DNA from: an uncultured Methanomicrobiales archaeon
GTDB taxonomy: Archaea > Halobacteriota > Methanomicrobia > Methanomicrobiales > Methanospirillaceae
Reading direction: 5' to 3'
Length of the DNA stretch: 64,000 nt
Assembly: GCA_963697895.1 (NCBI GenBank)
Contig: OY969100.1
Location: forward strand, 256,001 to 320,000
The notes under the pieces were generated by a model that saw only the letters and a program-made list of their open reading frames with translations, was not told the origin of the DNA and did not search any database. Made by a program: the position numbers and the translations under genes. Shown here piece by piece: positions 43,786 to 54,110 of the stretch (the first letter of the stretch is position 1; each line of letters opens with the position of its first letter).

Positions 43786-45487
43786 ATGGATGATGGCAGC
43801 TATGCGTGCGGCGTTTCGGCTTTCCCCCTTCTCGGGGTCACGATCGGGGAGATGCTGAACGGAATCGCAGACCGTTATCCCGATACCGAAGCAGTCGTAT
43901 CGGTGCACCAGACGATCCGGTGGACGTATGCCATGTTACTCCGGCATGTCGACGCCCTGGCACGGGGGCTGATGGCGCTCGGTGTCGAGAAGGGAGACCG
44001 GGTCGGAATCTGGGCGATGAACCATGCGGAATGGATCCAGGTCCAGTTTGCCACCGCGAAGATCGGGGCGATCATGGTGAACATCAATCCGGCGTACCGG
44101 ACGTACGAACTCGAGTACGTGCTGAAACAGGCAGAGATCCAGACCCTGATCCTGCAGGACCGGTTTAAGGCGTCCGACTACGTGGGGATGTTTTACGAAG
44201 CCTGCCCGGAAGCATACGAATCCCGGCCGGGACGCATAAATTCCGAAAAATTCCCCTTCCTGAAAAATGTTATCTTCATGGGGGACCTCCCCTGCAACGG
44301 CATGTACGGATGGGACGAATGCCTCAGAAGAGGGGAGGAGATCCCCGGCGACGATCTGATCGCCCGCGAAGAGTCCCTCGAATTTGATGATGCGATCAAT
44401 ATCCAGTATACTTCGGGCACTACCGGCTTTCCCAAAGGAGTCGTGCTCACCCACCATGGCGTTCTGAATAATGGCTATATCATCGGCGAAGGGATGAACT
44501 TCACCGAAAAAGACCGGCTCTGTATCCCGGTACCCTTTTATCACTGTTTCGGGATGGTCCTCTCGAACCTCGCCTGCATGACGCACGGTGCAACGATGGT
44601 GATCCCGTCCCCGGTATTCAATGCAGAGGATGTCCTCCGGACAGTGCAGGAAGAACGATGCACCGCCCTGCACGGAGTCCCGACCATGTTTATCGCCGAG
44701 CTCTCACACCCGGAATTCACCCGGTACTCGATGAAATCCCTGAGGACCGGGATCATGGCAGGCTCCCCCTGTCCGATAGAGGTGATGAAGGAGGTGAACC
44801 GGAAGATGAACATGTCCGATATCGTGATCGTGTACGGCCAGACCGAGACATCACCCGGGATTACCATGACGACCACAAGAGACCCGGTCGAGCGGCGGGT
44901 CTCCACGGTGGGAAAGGTATTCCCGCATACCGAGCTGAAGATCATCGATCCAAAGACCCGGAAGATCGTTCCGCGTGGCGAAATCGGGGAGATCTGTGCC
45001 CGTGGATACATGGTCATGAAATGCTATTACAACAACCCGAGCGCCACCCATGCAACCCTCGACCAGAACCACTGGAACCATACCGGGGATCTCGGGACGA
45101 TCGACAATGAAGGATATGTGAAGATCGTCGGGAGGCTGAAGGACATGGTGATCCGCGGTGGCGAGAATATCTATCCGCGGGAGATCGAGGAGTTCCTCCA
45201 TCATCATCCGAAGATCGCGGATGTCTACGTGATAGGGGTGCCCGACCAGAAATACGGAGAGGAACTGATGGCATGGATCAAGGTGATGCCCGGGGAATGC
45301 CTCACCGCGGGGGAAGTGAAAGCGTTCTGCACCGATCGCATCGCCCACTACAAGATACCGCGGTACGTGAAGTTCGTGGACGATTTCCCGATGAGTGTCA
45401 CCGGGAAGATCCAGAAATACAAGATGCGGGAGATCTCTGTCGGGGATCTTCAGACTCGAGGCCGCAGAGCAGATAGAGACCGCGTAA
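43786..45487 (+). CDS. AMP-dependent acyl-CoA synthetase (+1 indel near 45450; corrected end ..EQIETA-TAA)
   Basis: [46 protein letters not shown]. Confidence 0.92.
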
Positions 45488-45664
45488 ATCTTCTCTCTTT
45501 CGGCAGCCCCCGGATGAGCGAATTGAACTGGAGAGAATCCCGGACCTGTTCTGGCGAACGGTAACCCCGGTCAGGCGGATCGAAGCATGTAGTCCTGTTT
45601 TATTCTTCAAATACCGCGGGGTGTAGTCCCGGGAAATCTCCCCCGCCTGTTGAAGAGAGGCTGT

Positions 45665-46984
45665 CTATCCTCCCGCCCTCTGTACGAGATCGTACGCGGC
45701 ACGGCCTGCATCCGCGAGGATCTCTTCCTCGCCGGGGATCTCGCGATCGAGCATCAGCACCCTGCCATCGCAGACCACGGTGCCGACCGCGGAACCGGTG
45801 CAGGCGTAGACCATATTGGAGGCGACGTGATGGAGCGGGGTATTGCACGCCCGTTCGCGGGGGACCAGGATGAGGTCGGCGGGTTCCCCCGGCGCGATCC
45901 TGCCGTTTCCGCACCCGAGAGCGCGGGCACCTGCCGCGGTCGCCATCTCAAGGGCCTCTGTCGCCGGAAGAAGCGTCTGGGAATTCCAGGAGAACTTCTG
46001 GAGGAGAGCGGCCACCTTCATCTCCCCGAAGAGATCGAGATTGTTGTTCGAGGCGCACCCGTCGGTGCCGAGCGCGACGTTCACCCCCGCATCCTTCAGC
46101 CACTGGTAGGGCATCGCCCGGTTCACGGCGAGCTTCATGTTGCTCACCGGGTTGTGGGAGACATGGACCCCGCGTTCGCCGAGCAGTGCGCAGTCCGGGC
46201 GGTCGAGCCAGCAGCAGTGCGCCGCCACCGTTCGCGGGGTGAGCAGGCCGCAATCGTCGAGGATCGCCGGGGGTCTCCGTCCCCACCGCGATACGGCATC
46301 CTGCACCTCCAGCTCGGTCTCGCTCAGGTGTACATGGATCCCGATTCGTTCCTCCCGGGAGAATTCCGCAAGCCAGCGGAGCCCTTCCGGGGAGACGGTG
46401 TAGACCGCATGGGGACCAACCGCAGCCTGTATCCGCGGATTATTCAGGGACCGGATGAACTTCACCAGGATCTCCGTCTTTGTGCATTCGCACGCGCACT
46501 TGTCCGGATCGAACAGGTCGATGAACCCGTAACTGAGCGTCGCCCGTATCCCCGTCCTGTCAACCGCCCGCGCAGCATCCTCCATGAAGAAGTACATGTC
46601 ATTGAAGGATGTGGTGCCGCTCCGGATCATCTCCAGACAGGCGAGCCTGGTTCCTGCATAGACATCCTCCGCGGTAAGGTGAGCCTCAAGCGGCCAGATC
46701 TTATCGGAGAGCCACTGCTGGAGGGGCATGTCGTCCGCATACCCCCGCAGCAGGGTCATCGCCGCATGGGTATGGGTATTCACGAGCCCCGGGAGGACGA
46801 TCGCTCCCGCACCCTCGATGACGAACTCTGCATCCCCTGCATACTCCCGCCCGATGCCCGGTCCGATTTCTCCAATGACCCCCTCCGGGCTGATATAGAG
46901 ATCGACCAGATCCCGCTTCCAGGTCACCTCCCGGACGAGTATCGATCCCCGGGTCCGGTATATGTCATCCATCGAATCTCTCAC
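45665..46984 (-). CDS. MTA/SAH/5'-deoxyadenosine deaminase family amidohydrolase
   Basis: PGLVNTHTH, GPHAVYT, HVHLSET, AAHC, HNPVSNMKL, LGTDGCASNN; coupled to the phosphorylase. Confidence 0.88.
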   Translation of the reverse strand: MRDSMDDIYRTRGSILVREVTWKRDLVDLYISPEGVIGEIGPGIGREYAGDAEFVIEGAGAIVLPGLVNTHTHAAMTLLRGYADDMPLQQWLSDKIWPLEAHLTAEDVYAGTRLACLEMIRSGTTSFNDMYFFMEDAARAVDRTGIRATLSYGFIDLFDPDKCACECTKTEILVKFIRSLNNPRIQAAVGPHAVYTVSPEGLRWLAEFSREERIGIHVHLSETELEVQDAVSRWGRRPPAILDDCGLLTPRTVAAHCCWLDRPDCALLGERGVHVSHNPVSNMKLAVNRAMPYQWLKDAGVNVALGTDGCASNNNLDLFGEMKVAALLQKFSWNSQTLLPATEALEMATAAGARALGCGNGRIAPGEPADLILVPRERACNTPLHHVASNMVYACTGSAVGTVVCDGRVLMLDREIPGEEEILADAGRAAYDLVQRAGG

Positions 46985-47649
46985 CCCAGTCCTGTGATGA
47001 TATCCCGGAGGATCCCCTCCGTACGCTGGCGGTACTGCCGCGAGGTCTCGAGGATATGCTCGAATGTAAGCGTCTCACCGCCGAGACCACTCGCAAAATT
47101 GTCTACCGTGCAGAGCGCTGCAAATTCCATACCCAGTTCGCATGAGAGGGTCCCTTCGCTCGCGACCGTCATGCCGACGATGTCTGCCACCCGCGCGAGC
47201 ATACAGACCTCCGCTATCGTTTCTATCCGGGGACCTTTCGTCTGTGCATAGATCCCTCGCCGGGCCGCCGGCACGATCCGGAAAAGGTCGTCCATAAGCC
47301 CCGGTGAGAGCGCGGGATGGACATGCTCGATCGCATGGTCGTGGATGGACGGGATATCGGAAAAACTGATATAATCATCGGGGATGACGATCGAGCCGGG
47401 TTCGATCTCCGGTTGCAGGGAACCGGATGAACCGATCGCGATTACCCGGTCCACACCGATGATCGCGAGCGCCGCCATGTTCGCCCGGTGATTGATCCGG
47501 TGCGGGGGTACTCCCTGCTGGTGCCGGAGGAGGATCGGGACCTTTCCGGAGAGAACTTCGGCCCTTCCATACGGCGTTGCGACCAACTGCCGCCCGGTTG
47601 ACGGGAGACCGGCATACCGGAGGCTGGTTCCCCCGATGATCGCAAGCAT
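46981..47649 (-). CDS. MTAP-family nucleoside phosphorylase (methylthioinosine phosphorylase-like)
   Basis: AIIGGT, TPYG, LRH..PPHRIN, GPRIET.AE, VGMT, VDN. Confidence 0.88.
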   Translation of the reverse strand: MLAIIGGTSLRYAGLPSTGRQLVATPYGRAEVLSGKVPILLRHQQGVPPHRINHRANMAALAIIGVDRVIAIGSSGSLQPEIEPGSIVIPDDYISFSDIPSIHDHAIEHVHPALSPGLMDDLFRIVPAARRGIYAQTKGPRIETIAEVCMLARVADIVGMTVASEGTLSCELGMEFAALCTVDNFASGLGGETLTFEHILETSRQYRQRTEGILRDIITGLG

Positions 47650-48189
47650 TCAGAATCCCCCGCACGGACACGATTTTCCCGCGGGAAGGCACCAGCGAGG
47701 CGATGGCCGCCACTGGCACCAGAACCCTGTTCCTGACCCGTCCCGGACATAACCGGATAAGATCACCCCGTTCGAACTCGCTTCCCGCACGACACCATCA
47801 CCGCCTTTTCATGCTATGTCTCCTTTTCTCCATTAAAAGGCAGCGTTATATGTACCGGAATTGCCCACCCCTGAATGACTGCATCATCGATGGCGGGAAC
47901 GGACACGGAAGAAACCGTCAAAATCCTGCCGGTAATGACCGAAAATGCATCAGAGGCATGGTATCGGGGGAGGGATATTGCCGTATGCAAGGCAGGATGC
48001 GATAGAATATCTTCCAAGTTCTCTCCCGGATCCGCACTTACCCTCTTTCCACCTTGGGGAATGGCGGGATTACACTCTGCTTACCTATGGTCGGGGGTCA
48101 CTGGGCCCCGTTCCTGTCGTTCCGGAGTTCCCTGCGAGAGCTGTCCTGCAACCAATTTTTATCTCCAGCCGACACATACTGTAAGAAGC

Positions 48190-48228
48190 GGGCCGATAGA
48201 TCAGGGGAAGATCGTTCCCTTGATATGA
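48190..48228 (+). pseudogene. 5' fragment of a tRNA-Ala-like gene
   Basis: GGGCCGATAGATCAGGGGAAGATCG with intact GATC/GATC D stem; no T arm. Confidence 0.7.
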
Positions 48229-48277
48229 TGCAAACCTAAACGACCGTGTTTCATACAATTGCAGAAGAAGATTTCGC

Positions 48278-48349
48278 GGGCTGGTGGTAAAGTGGTATTA
48301 CGCACCCTTGGCATGGGTGAGGCCGCGGGTTCAATTCCCGCCCAGTCCA
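48278..48349 (+). tRNA. tRNA-Ala (GGC)
   Basis: GGGCTGG/CCAGTCC-A with G3:U70; GTAA/TTAC D stem; CACCC-TT-GGC-AT-GGGTG; GCGGG-TTCAATT-CCCGC. Confidence 0.95.
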
Positions 48350-48494
48350 TTTCTTTTATTTTCGTGATTGCGTGATGTTAGAGTGTCTGCTTTCCAATAA
48401 CCAACTGAGCATGGGCAAATTAAACGACTGTGTTTCACCCAGACGGGGTAAAAGTATCTCACATAGTTAACTGATCGCGTCCTGGAGAAATGGC

Positions 48495-48565
48495 GGGCCG
48501 ATAGATCAGGGAAAATCGCTACCTCGGTATGGGAGAGGCCGCGGGTTCAATTCCCGCCCAGTCCC
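48495..48565 (+). pseudogene. Degenerate full-length tRNA-Ala copy (anticodon reads GGT)
   Basis: Two acceptor-stem mismatches, one anticodon-stem mismatch and a D-stem mismatch; last 30 bp identical to the intact tRNA-Ala. Confidence 0.75.
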
Positions 48566-48639
48566 ATACCGTCATCCTTCCGGGATGATCCAAATCGGAG
48601 TATTTTTCCGTTCTGCAGACGTTGATCCATCGATCGAAC

Positions 48640-49269
48640 GTGGGAATCAAGGAATGGATAATACCCCAGGATCAGGTTTTCTTCGACCTGTTTGACCGTC
48701 TTGCCGCCGTCGTTGTACTCGCGTCCTACCGTCTGGTAGATCTTATGGATAATTTTGGAACCCTGAGTGAAGTTGTCCCCCAGATAAAGCAGCTCGAGCA
48801 TGACGGGGACAAGATCACCCATGAGATCTACGAGCAGCTGAACAAGAGTTTCATCACCCCTTTCCAGCCGGAGGAGATCTCCCACCTGGCGGCATTGCTC
48901 GACGATGTCCTCGATTATATCGATTCAACCACCCGGAAGATGTACAATTACGAAATTCAGGGGGTGGACGGGTACATGGTCGAGCTCGCAAATCTGATCC
49001 AGCTCTCCGCGGTAGAGCTCGAAACAGCGGTAAAGGGCATCCGTTCCATTAAGGATCCCATGACTATCGAATTGCGATGTATCGAAGTGAACCGGCTGGA
49101 AAACCTCGCAGACGATGTCCTCGCCCACGCGACGAAAGAGCTCTTCAAAACCAAGGATGCGATCGACATCATCAAGTACAAGGATATTTACGAGTATCTG
49201 GAGATCGCGACCGATAAATGCGAAGACGTGGCGAATGTCCTCTCCGATATTGCCATCCGGCATTCGTGA
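48640..49269 (+). CDS. DUF47 / PhoU-like phosphate transport accessory protein (copy 1)
   Basis: FFDLF, LEHDGD, FITPF..EEI, LENLADD, ATDKCEDVA; upstream of PiT. Confidence 0.9.
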   Translation: MGIKEWIIPQDQVFFDLFDRLAAVVVLASYRLVDLMDNFGTLSEVVPQIKQLEHDGDKITHEIYEQLNKSFITPFQPEEISHLAALLDDVLDYIDSTTRKMYNYEIQGVDGYMVELANLIQLSAVELETAVKGIRSIKDPMTIELRCIEVNRLENLADDVLAHATKELFKTKDAIDIIKYKDIYEYLEIATDKCEDVANVLSDIAIRHS

Positions 49270-49373
49270 CCATCGGGAGATGAAAGGTATGGTCTTCAGT
49301 CCCCCCGCAGACCCTGGCGCAATCAGTTTCGTTCGCCGGAGTTACGCACGGGATCGCGGCCGGGGATAGGGCA

Positions 49374-50408
49374 ATGCTCATCCCTACTCCGGAGGTTATC
49401 GGGTTCATCATCTTCGTCGCCCTCTGCTTTGATTTTACCAATGGGTTCCATGATTCGGCAAATTCGATATCGACCATCGTATCCACGCAGGTATTGACCC
49501 CCCGGAATGCGGTTGCATTTGCAGCATTTTTCAATTTTGTCGCTGCATTCGCATTTGGTGTCGCAGTGGCGAACACCATCAGTAACATCATCAATCTCAC
49601 CTATGTGGATACCGATATCGTTCCCTATATCATACTGGGAGCCCTCATGGGGGCGATAGGGTGGAATCTCATCACCTGGTATTACGGTCTTCCCACTTCA
49701 TCCTCGCAGGCACTCATTGGCGGACTGACCGGGGCAGGGATTGCAGCTGCCGGAATAGCCGCGGTGAAGTTATCGACCCTGTTCAATGTAATCCTGTTCA
49801 TGGTCATTTCACCGGTGATAGGTTTCATTTTAGGTTTCCTCTTCATGGCGTTAGTGATGAGGACCACCCGGAGAATACACAAGAACAGTGCCGAGCGGGG
49901 GTTCCGGAGGTTACAACTCGTTTCGGCGGCAGCATACAGTTTCAGCCACGGGACCAATGATGCCCAGAAGACTATGGGCATCATCACTCCTCTTCTCTTC
50001 AGTATCGGGTATTATGGAGCATCGGTGGACCCTCAACATCTTCCGGTTCCCATATGGGTCATCCTTGCCGCTCATGCGGCAATCGCGCTCGGCACGCTGT
50101 CCGGAGGCTGGAGAATCGTGAGAACGATGGGGTACCGGATCACCACGCTCCGGCCTGTTGACGGGTTTTCGGCGGAGACCGCGGGCGCGGCAACCATCCT
50201 CGGTTCATCGGTTGTCGGCATCCCTGTCAGCACGACCCAGATCATCAGCACCTCCATCATGGGGGTCGGCACCACCGGAGGGGCGGGAATGGTCCGGTGG
50301 GGGGTCGCCCGGAGTATTGGCTGGGCGTGGATTCTTACGATCCCCATCAGCGCACTCATTGGTTTCGGGGCATTTTTGGGTATATTCTGGCTGGTCAGCC
50401 TTTTCTGA
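49374..50408 (+). CDS. pit: Inorganic phosphate transporter, PiT family (copy 1)
   Basis: NGFHDSANS and HGTNDAQK signatures, GLPTSSS, PVSTT. Confidence 0.93.
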   Translation: MLIPTPEVIGFIIFVALCFDFTNGFHDSANSISTIVSTQVLTPRNAVAFAAFFNFVAAFAFGVAVANTISNIINLTYVDTDIVPYIILGALMGAIGWNLITWYYGLPTSSSQALIGGLTGAGIAAAGIAAVKLSTLFNVILFMVISPVIGFILGFLFMALVMRTTRRIHKNSAERGFRRLQLVSAAAYSFSHGTNDAQKTMGIITPLLFSIGYYGASVDPQHLPVPIWVILAAHAAIALGTLSGGWRIVRTMGYRITTLRPVDGFSAETAGAATILGSSVVGIPVSTTQIISTSIMGVGTTGGAGMVRWGVARSIGWAWILTIPISALIGFGAFLGIFWLVSLF

Positions 50409-50484
50409 TACAGATCCCCTCATTAATCGCAGGCCACCGGTGATTTTTTCAATACCAAGCGCAGTATAGCTGGCTGATACACGC

Positions 50485-51114
50485 ATGCGCATCAGGGACC
50501 TGATCCTTCCCGAAGATAAGGTTTTTTTTACCCTCTTTTCGGACATGGCCGGAAAAATAAATGAAGCCTCGGCGATCCTGAACGAGATAACCCATGAACT
50601 CCCGGGAGGGACGGAAAAAGGACAGAAAGTCCGGCAGCTCGAACATCTGGGCGACGAAATCACGAGGCAGACCTTTGAAAGGCTCAACGATTCCCTGATT
50701 ACGCCGCTTGAACCGGAAGAAATTGCCCGCATGGCCCCGGCCCTGGACGATGTTATGGACCGTATCGACTGGGTGACACACCAGCTGTGCAATTACGGAA
50801 TTTCTCAGTCAAATGACCAACTGAAAGAATTTTCCTATATGATCGTTCTGTCCGGCGACGAGCTTGGTCACGGAATTGAAGACCTTGCAACTCTTAAGAA
50901 AACAGATGAAATAGAAAAACACGCGCGCGAAATCAACCGGCTCTACAACCTCTCGCTAGAGCTTCTTTCAAGGGCCATTATCGAGTTGTTCGTGAAGGAG
51001 GACCTTCTGATGATTATAAAATTCAAGGACATTTATGAAGGAATGGCAAAGGTCATGGAGAAGTACAATGACGTCGGGCACGCCCTCACCGACATCTCAC
51101 GTAACCATACCTGA
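50485..51114 (+). CDS. DUF47 / PhoU-like protein (copy 2, divergent)
   Basis: FFTLF, LEHLGD, LITPLEPEEI, FKDIYE. Confidence 0.88.
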   Translation: MRIRDLILPEDKVFFTLFSDMAGKINEASAILNEITHELPGGTEKGQKVRQLEHLGDEITRQTFERLNDSLITPLEPEEIARMAPALDDVMDRIDWVTHQLCNYGISQSNDQLKEFSYMIVLSGDELGHGIEDLATLKKTDEIEKHAREINRLYNLSLELLSRAIIELFVKEDLLMIIKFKDIYEGMAKVMEKYNDVGHALTDISRNHT

Positions 51115-51119
51115 TCAAC

Positions 51120-52304
51120 ATGGATGCCCTCATCATTTTTGGGATTTTTCTTGCAATCCTGCTCAATTTTGTGAACGGCCTGAATGACGCTTCCCATTCG
51201 ATTGCCACGGTGGTTGCAACAAGGGCACTCCCGCCATTGAAGGCCAGTATTTCTTCTGCCCTTGCAAATTTCATCGGCCCCTTTATTTTTACGACTGCGG
51301 TGGCGGTGACCATCGGGACCGGGTTGGTTGTCACCGATGCCCTGACACCGTTGTCGATCGTCATCGCGATGCTTACTGCCATTATGCTGGTATTTATTGC
51401 CACCCATATCGGTCTCCCCCTGTCAAGCAGCCAGGCCCTCATCGGTGGCATATTAGGGGCGGGTGTGGCCGCTTTTGGTCTCCAGGCCCTTATTCTGCCC
51501 CCCGCATCCATGGTGGAACAACTGGTGTTTTTCTCCTTCGTCGGAGGAGTCCTTGGTGCCCTTTTCCTTGGTGCACTTGCATTCTCCCTGAAAGAAAATA
51601 TCATAGCCGCATCGATACTCGGCATAATTTTTGGCATTTCAGTAACCATCCCCCTCATGATGATATCCGGTCTGTTTGTGCTTACCGGAATCCTCGCCAT
51701 TGTTGTTTTCATCTTCATCTCCCCCATCATCGGTTTTTTTGTGGCCTTTCTCTTCGACCTGCTGGTTACGCACCTGTTCCGCTATTCACGCCAGAACACC
51801 ATGAAACGTATTTTCCAGCCATTGCAGGTTATTGCAAGCCTTTTCCAGGCGGCAGGACATGGTGCCAATGACGGGCAGCACGCCGTGGGTATGATTACCG
51901 CGTTGCTCCTTGCGGGAGGGCTGATCTCATCATTTGTTGTCCCTACATGGGTTGTGGTTGTTTCGGCTGCCTCTATCGCCCTTGGTACCAGTTTCGGGGG
52001 GTGGAGGGTGATCAACAAACTGGCAAAGGAGATAACGAAAATCAGGCCCTACCAGGGCTTCTGTGCAGCGACATCAGGGAGCGGAATCCTTGCCATGGTC
52101 ACGATATTCGGGGTCCCGGTCTCGTCGACCCAGGTAATGAGCGGGGCAATTGTCGGTGTTGGTGCGACCAGGGGCGTAAGAGCAGTCAAGTGGGCGGTCC
52201 CCCGCCAGATGATGGAGGCGTGGGTGGTAACAATACCCTTATCTTTCACGGTCTCATGGATCGTCTACATGGTCATCGCGCTGATTTTTCACCAGCCCCT
52301 GTGA
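51120..52304 (+). CDS. pit: Inorganic phosphate transporter, PiT family (copy 2)
   Basis: NGLNDASHS and HGANDGQ signatures, GLPLSSS, PVSST. Confidence 0.9.
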   Translation: MDALIIFGIFLAILLNFVNGLNDASHSIATVVATRALPPLKASISSALANFIGPFIFTTAVAVTIGTGLVVTDALTPLSIVIAMLTAIMLVFIATHIGLPLSSSQALIGGILGAGVAAFGLQALILPPASMVEQLVFFSFVGGVLGALFLGALAFSLKENIIAASILGIIFGISVTIPLMMISGLFVLTGILAIVVFIFISPIIGFFVAFLFDLLVTHLFRYSRQNTMKRIFQPLQVIASLFQAAGHGANDGQHAVGMITALLLAGGLISSFVVPTWVVVVSAASIALGTSFGGWRVINKLAKEITKIRPYQGFCAATSGSGILAMVTIFGVPVSSTQVMSGAIVGVGATRGVRAVKWAVPRQMMEAWVVTIPLSFTVSWIVYMVIALIFHQPL

Positions 52305-52317
52305 TGGAACAATCAGC

Positions 52318-52992
52318 TTAACCAACGGGTTTCCTGTCGTTGCCTTTCAGGTATACCTCTTGATAATAACGGCAATCGGCATTTATCGGGCATTGCCTGC
52401 ACCGGGGGTCCCGTGCCGTGCAGATCGCCCTTCCGTGGGAGATCAGGAGGTCGGTGAGGGTCCCCCAGCGATCCTCCGGGAACCAGTGCATCAGGTCGGC
52501 CTCGACACCCCCGGCCGTCCGGCTATCGGAGAATCCGATTCGCTTTGTGAGCCTGAATACATGGGTGTCGACCGCCACACCCCGGTTCACCCCGAATGCA
52601 TGGTACAGGACAATGTTCGCCGTTTTTCTGCCCACGCCGGGGAGTGTGAGCAGCTCTTCCATTGTACCCGGAACGGATCCACCGAATTCCTGTATAATCT
52701 TCTGAGCCGCACCCGTGATGTGGCGTGCCTTCACATGGAAAAAGCCCGTACTGTGAATAATCTTCTCGACATCCCCGACCTGTGCAGAAGCGAGGGCTTC
52801 CGGTGTCGGATACCGGCGAAACAGCGTCCCGGCAACCTGGTCCACGGCATTGTCGGTGGTCTGGGCGGAGAGAATGGTAAGAATGAGAACCTGGAAGGGC
52901 GGGGCACGATGCCGGACCGCCTCCCCCGCATGGGGATAGGAGCGGGACAGGGTATCGTATATCCGGTTCGCCGTCTCGATATCCACAGACAT
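52318..52992 (-). CDS. nth: Endonuclease III
   Basis: ILSAQTTD, LPGVGRKTAN HhH, VDTHV, C-x6-C-x2-C-x5-C Fe-S motif. Confidence 0.95.
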   Translation of the reverse strand: MSVDIETANRIYDTLSRSYPHAGEAVRHRAPPFQVLILTILSAQTTDNAVDQVAGTLFRRYPTPEALASAQVGDVEKIIHSTGFFHVKARHITGAAQKIIQEFGGSVPGTMEELLTLPGVGRKTANIVLYHAFGVNRGVAVDTHVFRLTKRIGFSDSRTAGGVEADLMHWFPEDRWGTLTDLLISHGRAICTARDPRCRQCPINADCRYYQEVYLKGNDRKPVG

Positions 52993-53017
52993 CGCCCTTT
53001 TTTACGTTGAAGAAGGA

Positions 53018-53092
53018 TGGGGTAGGGCAGATTCGAACTGCCGTCAAAGCGTCCCAAACGCTCTAGGATGGACCAGGCTACCCTACTACCCC
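53018..53092 (-). tRNA. tRNA-Pro (TGG)
   Basis: GGGGTAG/CTACCCC-A; GAGCG-TT-TGG-GA-CGCTT; GGCAG-TTCGAAT-CTGCC. Confidence 0.95.
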
Positions 53093-53131
53093 GGGATTGA
53101 GATAACAGCTCTGTCGGCAGTTGAGAAATAT

Positions 53132-53857
53132 TTACCGTTTTTTCGGATGTGGCAAAGATATGGCTGTCAGCGATTCATCCTCGCTGACCAGGGTCCCGTG
53201 CCGGATCCCGCGACAGAGCATCTCTTCCAGGTTTTCCGGGTTCCTTCCGTCTATTACCAGAAGGGGGATTCTGCTCCGCTCGATCACTTTGACGGCCACA
53301 ATATCGATTACCGTATTGGATCCTGCATGCAGGCCGGTCTTCCGGACGATCTCCATCAGCTCCGGCGGGGTGAGATGGTCGAAACGGACAGCACCGGGGT
53401 GTTTCTTCGGGTCCTCGCTATAGATACCGTCCACCGAGGTCGCATTCACCAGCAGATCCGCCCGTATCCGTTCGGCAAGAACCGCCGCGACCGCATCGGT
53501 CGTCTGTGCAGGGGTAATACCTCCCATCACGATGATCTTACCCGAGCGGGCAAATTCCTGCGCCTGGGTATAGTCCTCCGCGACCCGCGGGTAGGCAGCA
53601 TCATGCAGTGCGCTCATGAGGAGCGTTGCATTCAGCCGGGTAACGAGGATCCCGATCTCGTCTGCACCTGCCTCGTCCACCCCCAGCTGCCGGGCGAGGT
53701 TAATATACCGGCGCGCCTCGCCCCCGCCGCCTACCACGATAAATACCTGGTATGCCGAAGCAAGACGCGTAAGGACCGGAATGTATGCATGCAGGGTATG
53801 TTCGCCTATTGAGGGGATGAGGACCGAACCCCCCAGAGAAATGACCAGCTTCTTCAT
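53132..53857 (-). CDS. pyrH: UMP kinase
   Basis: VISLGGS, VGGGGEAR, QTTDAVA, SVDGIYSEDPK. Confidence 0.93.
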   Translation of the reverse strand: MKKLVISLGGSVLIPSIGEHTLHAYIPVLTRLASAYQVFIVVGGGGEARRYINLARQLGVDEAGADEIGILVTRLNATLLMSALHDAAYPRVAEDYTQAQEFARSGKIIVMGGITPAQTTDAVAAVLAERIRADLLVNATSVDGIYSEDPKKHPGAVRFDHLTPPELMEIVRKTGLHAGSNTVIDIVAVKVIERSRIPLLVIDGRNPENLEEMLCRGIRHGTLVSEDESLTAISLPHPKKR

Positions 53858-53886
53858 TCAACCCAAATGATTTCATCATTCTCCAC

Positions 53887-54069
53887 TTATACCTGTTGCA
53901 TATGATCTGCTGCCCACGATGTAAAAGCACGGAGATCTACGAGGTCGGCGGGGGATATCTCGGGCAGGTGTTCCAGTGTAAACAGTGCGGGTACCGGGGC
54001 TCCTTCGTCCTTGAGATCGATGAAGAGGAGAACGAACCGGATGCCGGAGAGTAGCCAAACCTGCATCAC
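53887..54069 (-). CDS. Possible 60-aa hypothetical protein
   Basis: Fills the pyrH-amrS gap, co-oriented with pyrH; no recognisable motif. Confidence 0.3.
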   Translation of the reverse strand: MMQVWLLSGIRFVLLFIDLKDEGAPVPALFTLEHLPEISPADLVDLRAFTSWAADHMQQV

Positions 54070-54110
54070 CTTTATCTACCTGATACGGATAACATCCACG
54101 AGGTGTGGCC

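Noticed and set aside
47650-47790. Short minus-strand frame ending ..CLPAGKSCPCGGF-stop, abutting the phosphorylase start
   Set aside because: Could be a Zn-ribbon gene remnant, but it is too short and has no convincing start.
48495-48565. Functional tRNA-Thr (GGT)
   Set aside because: Mismatches in the acceptor, D and anticodon stems and an Ala-type body; treated as a pseudogene.
48278-53092. Intact integrative element between tRNA-Ala and tRNA-Pro
   Set aside because: No integrase, and the only tRNA-end duplication is 216 bp away, enclosing no gene.
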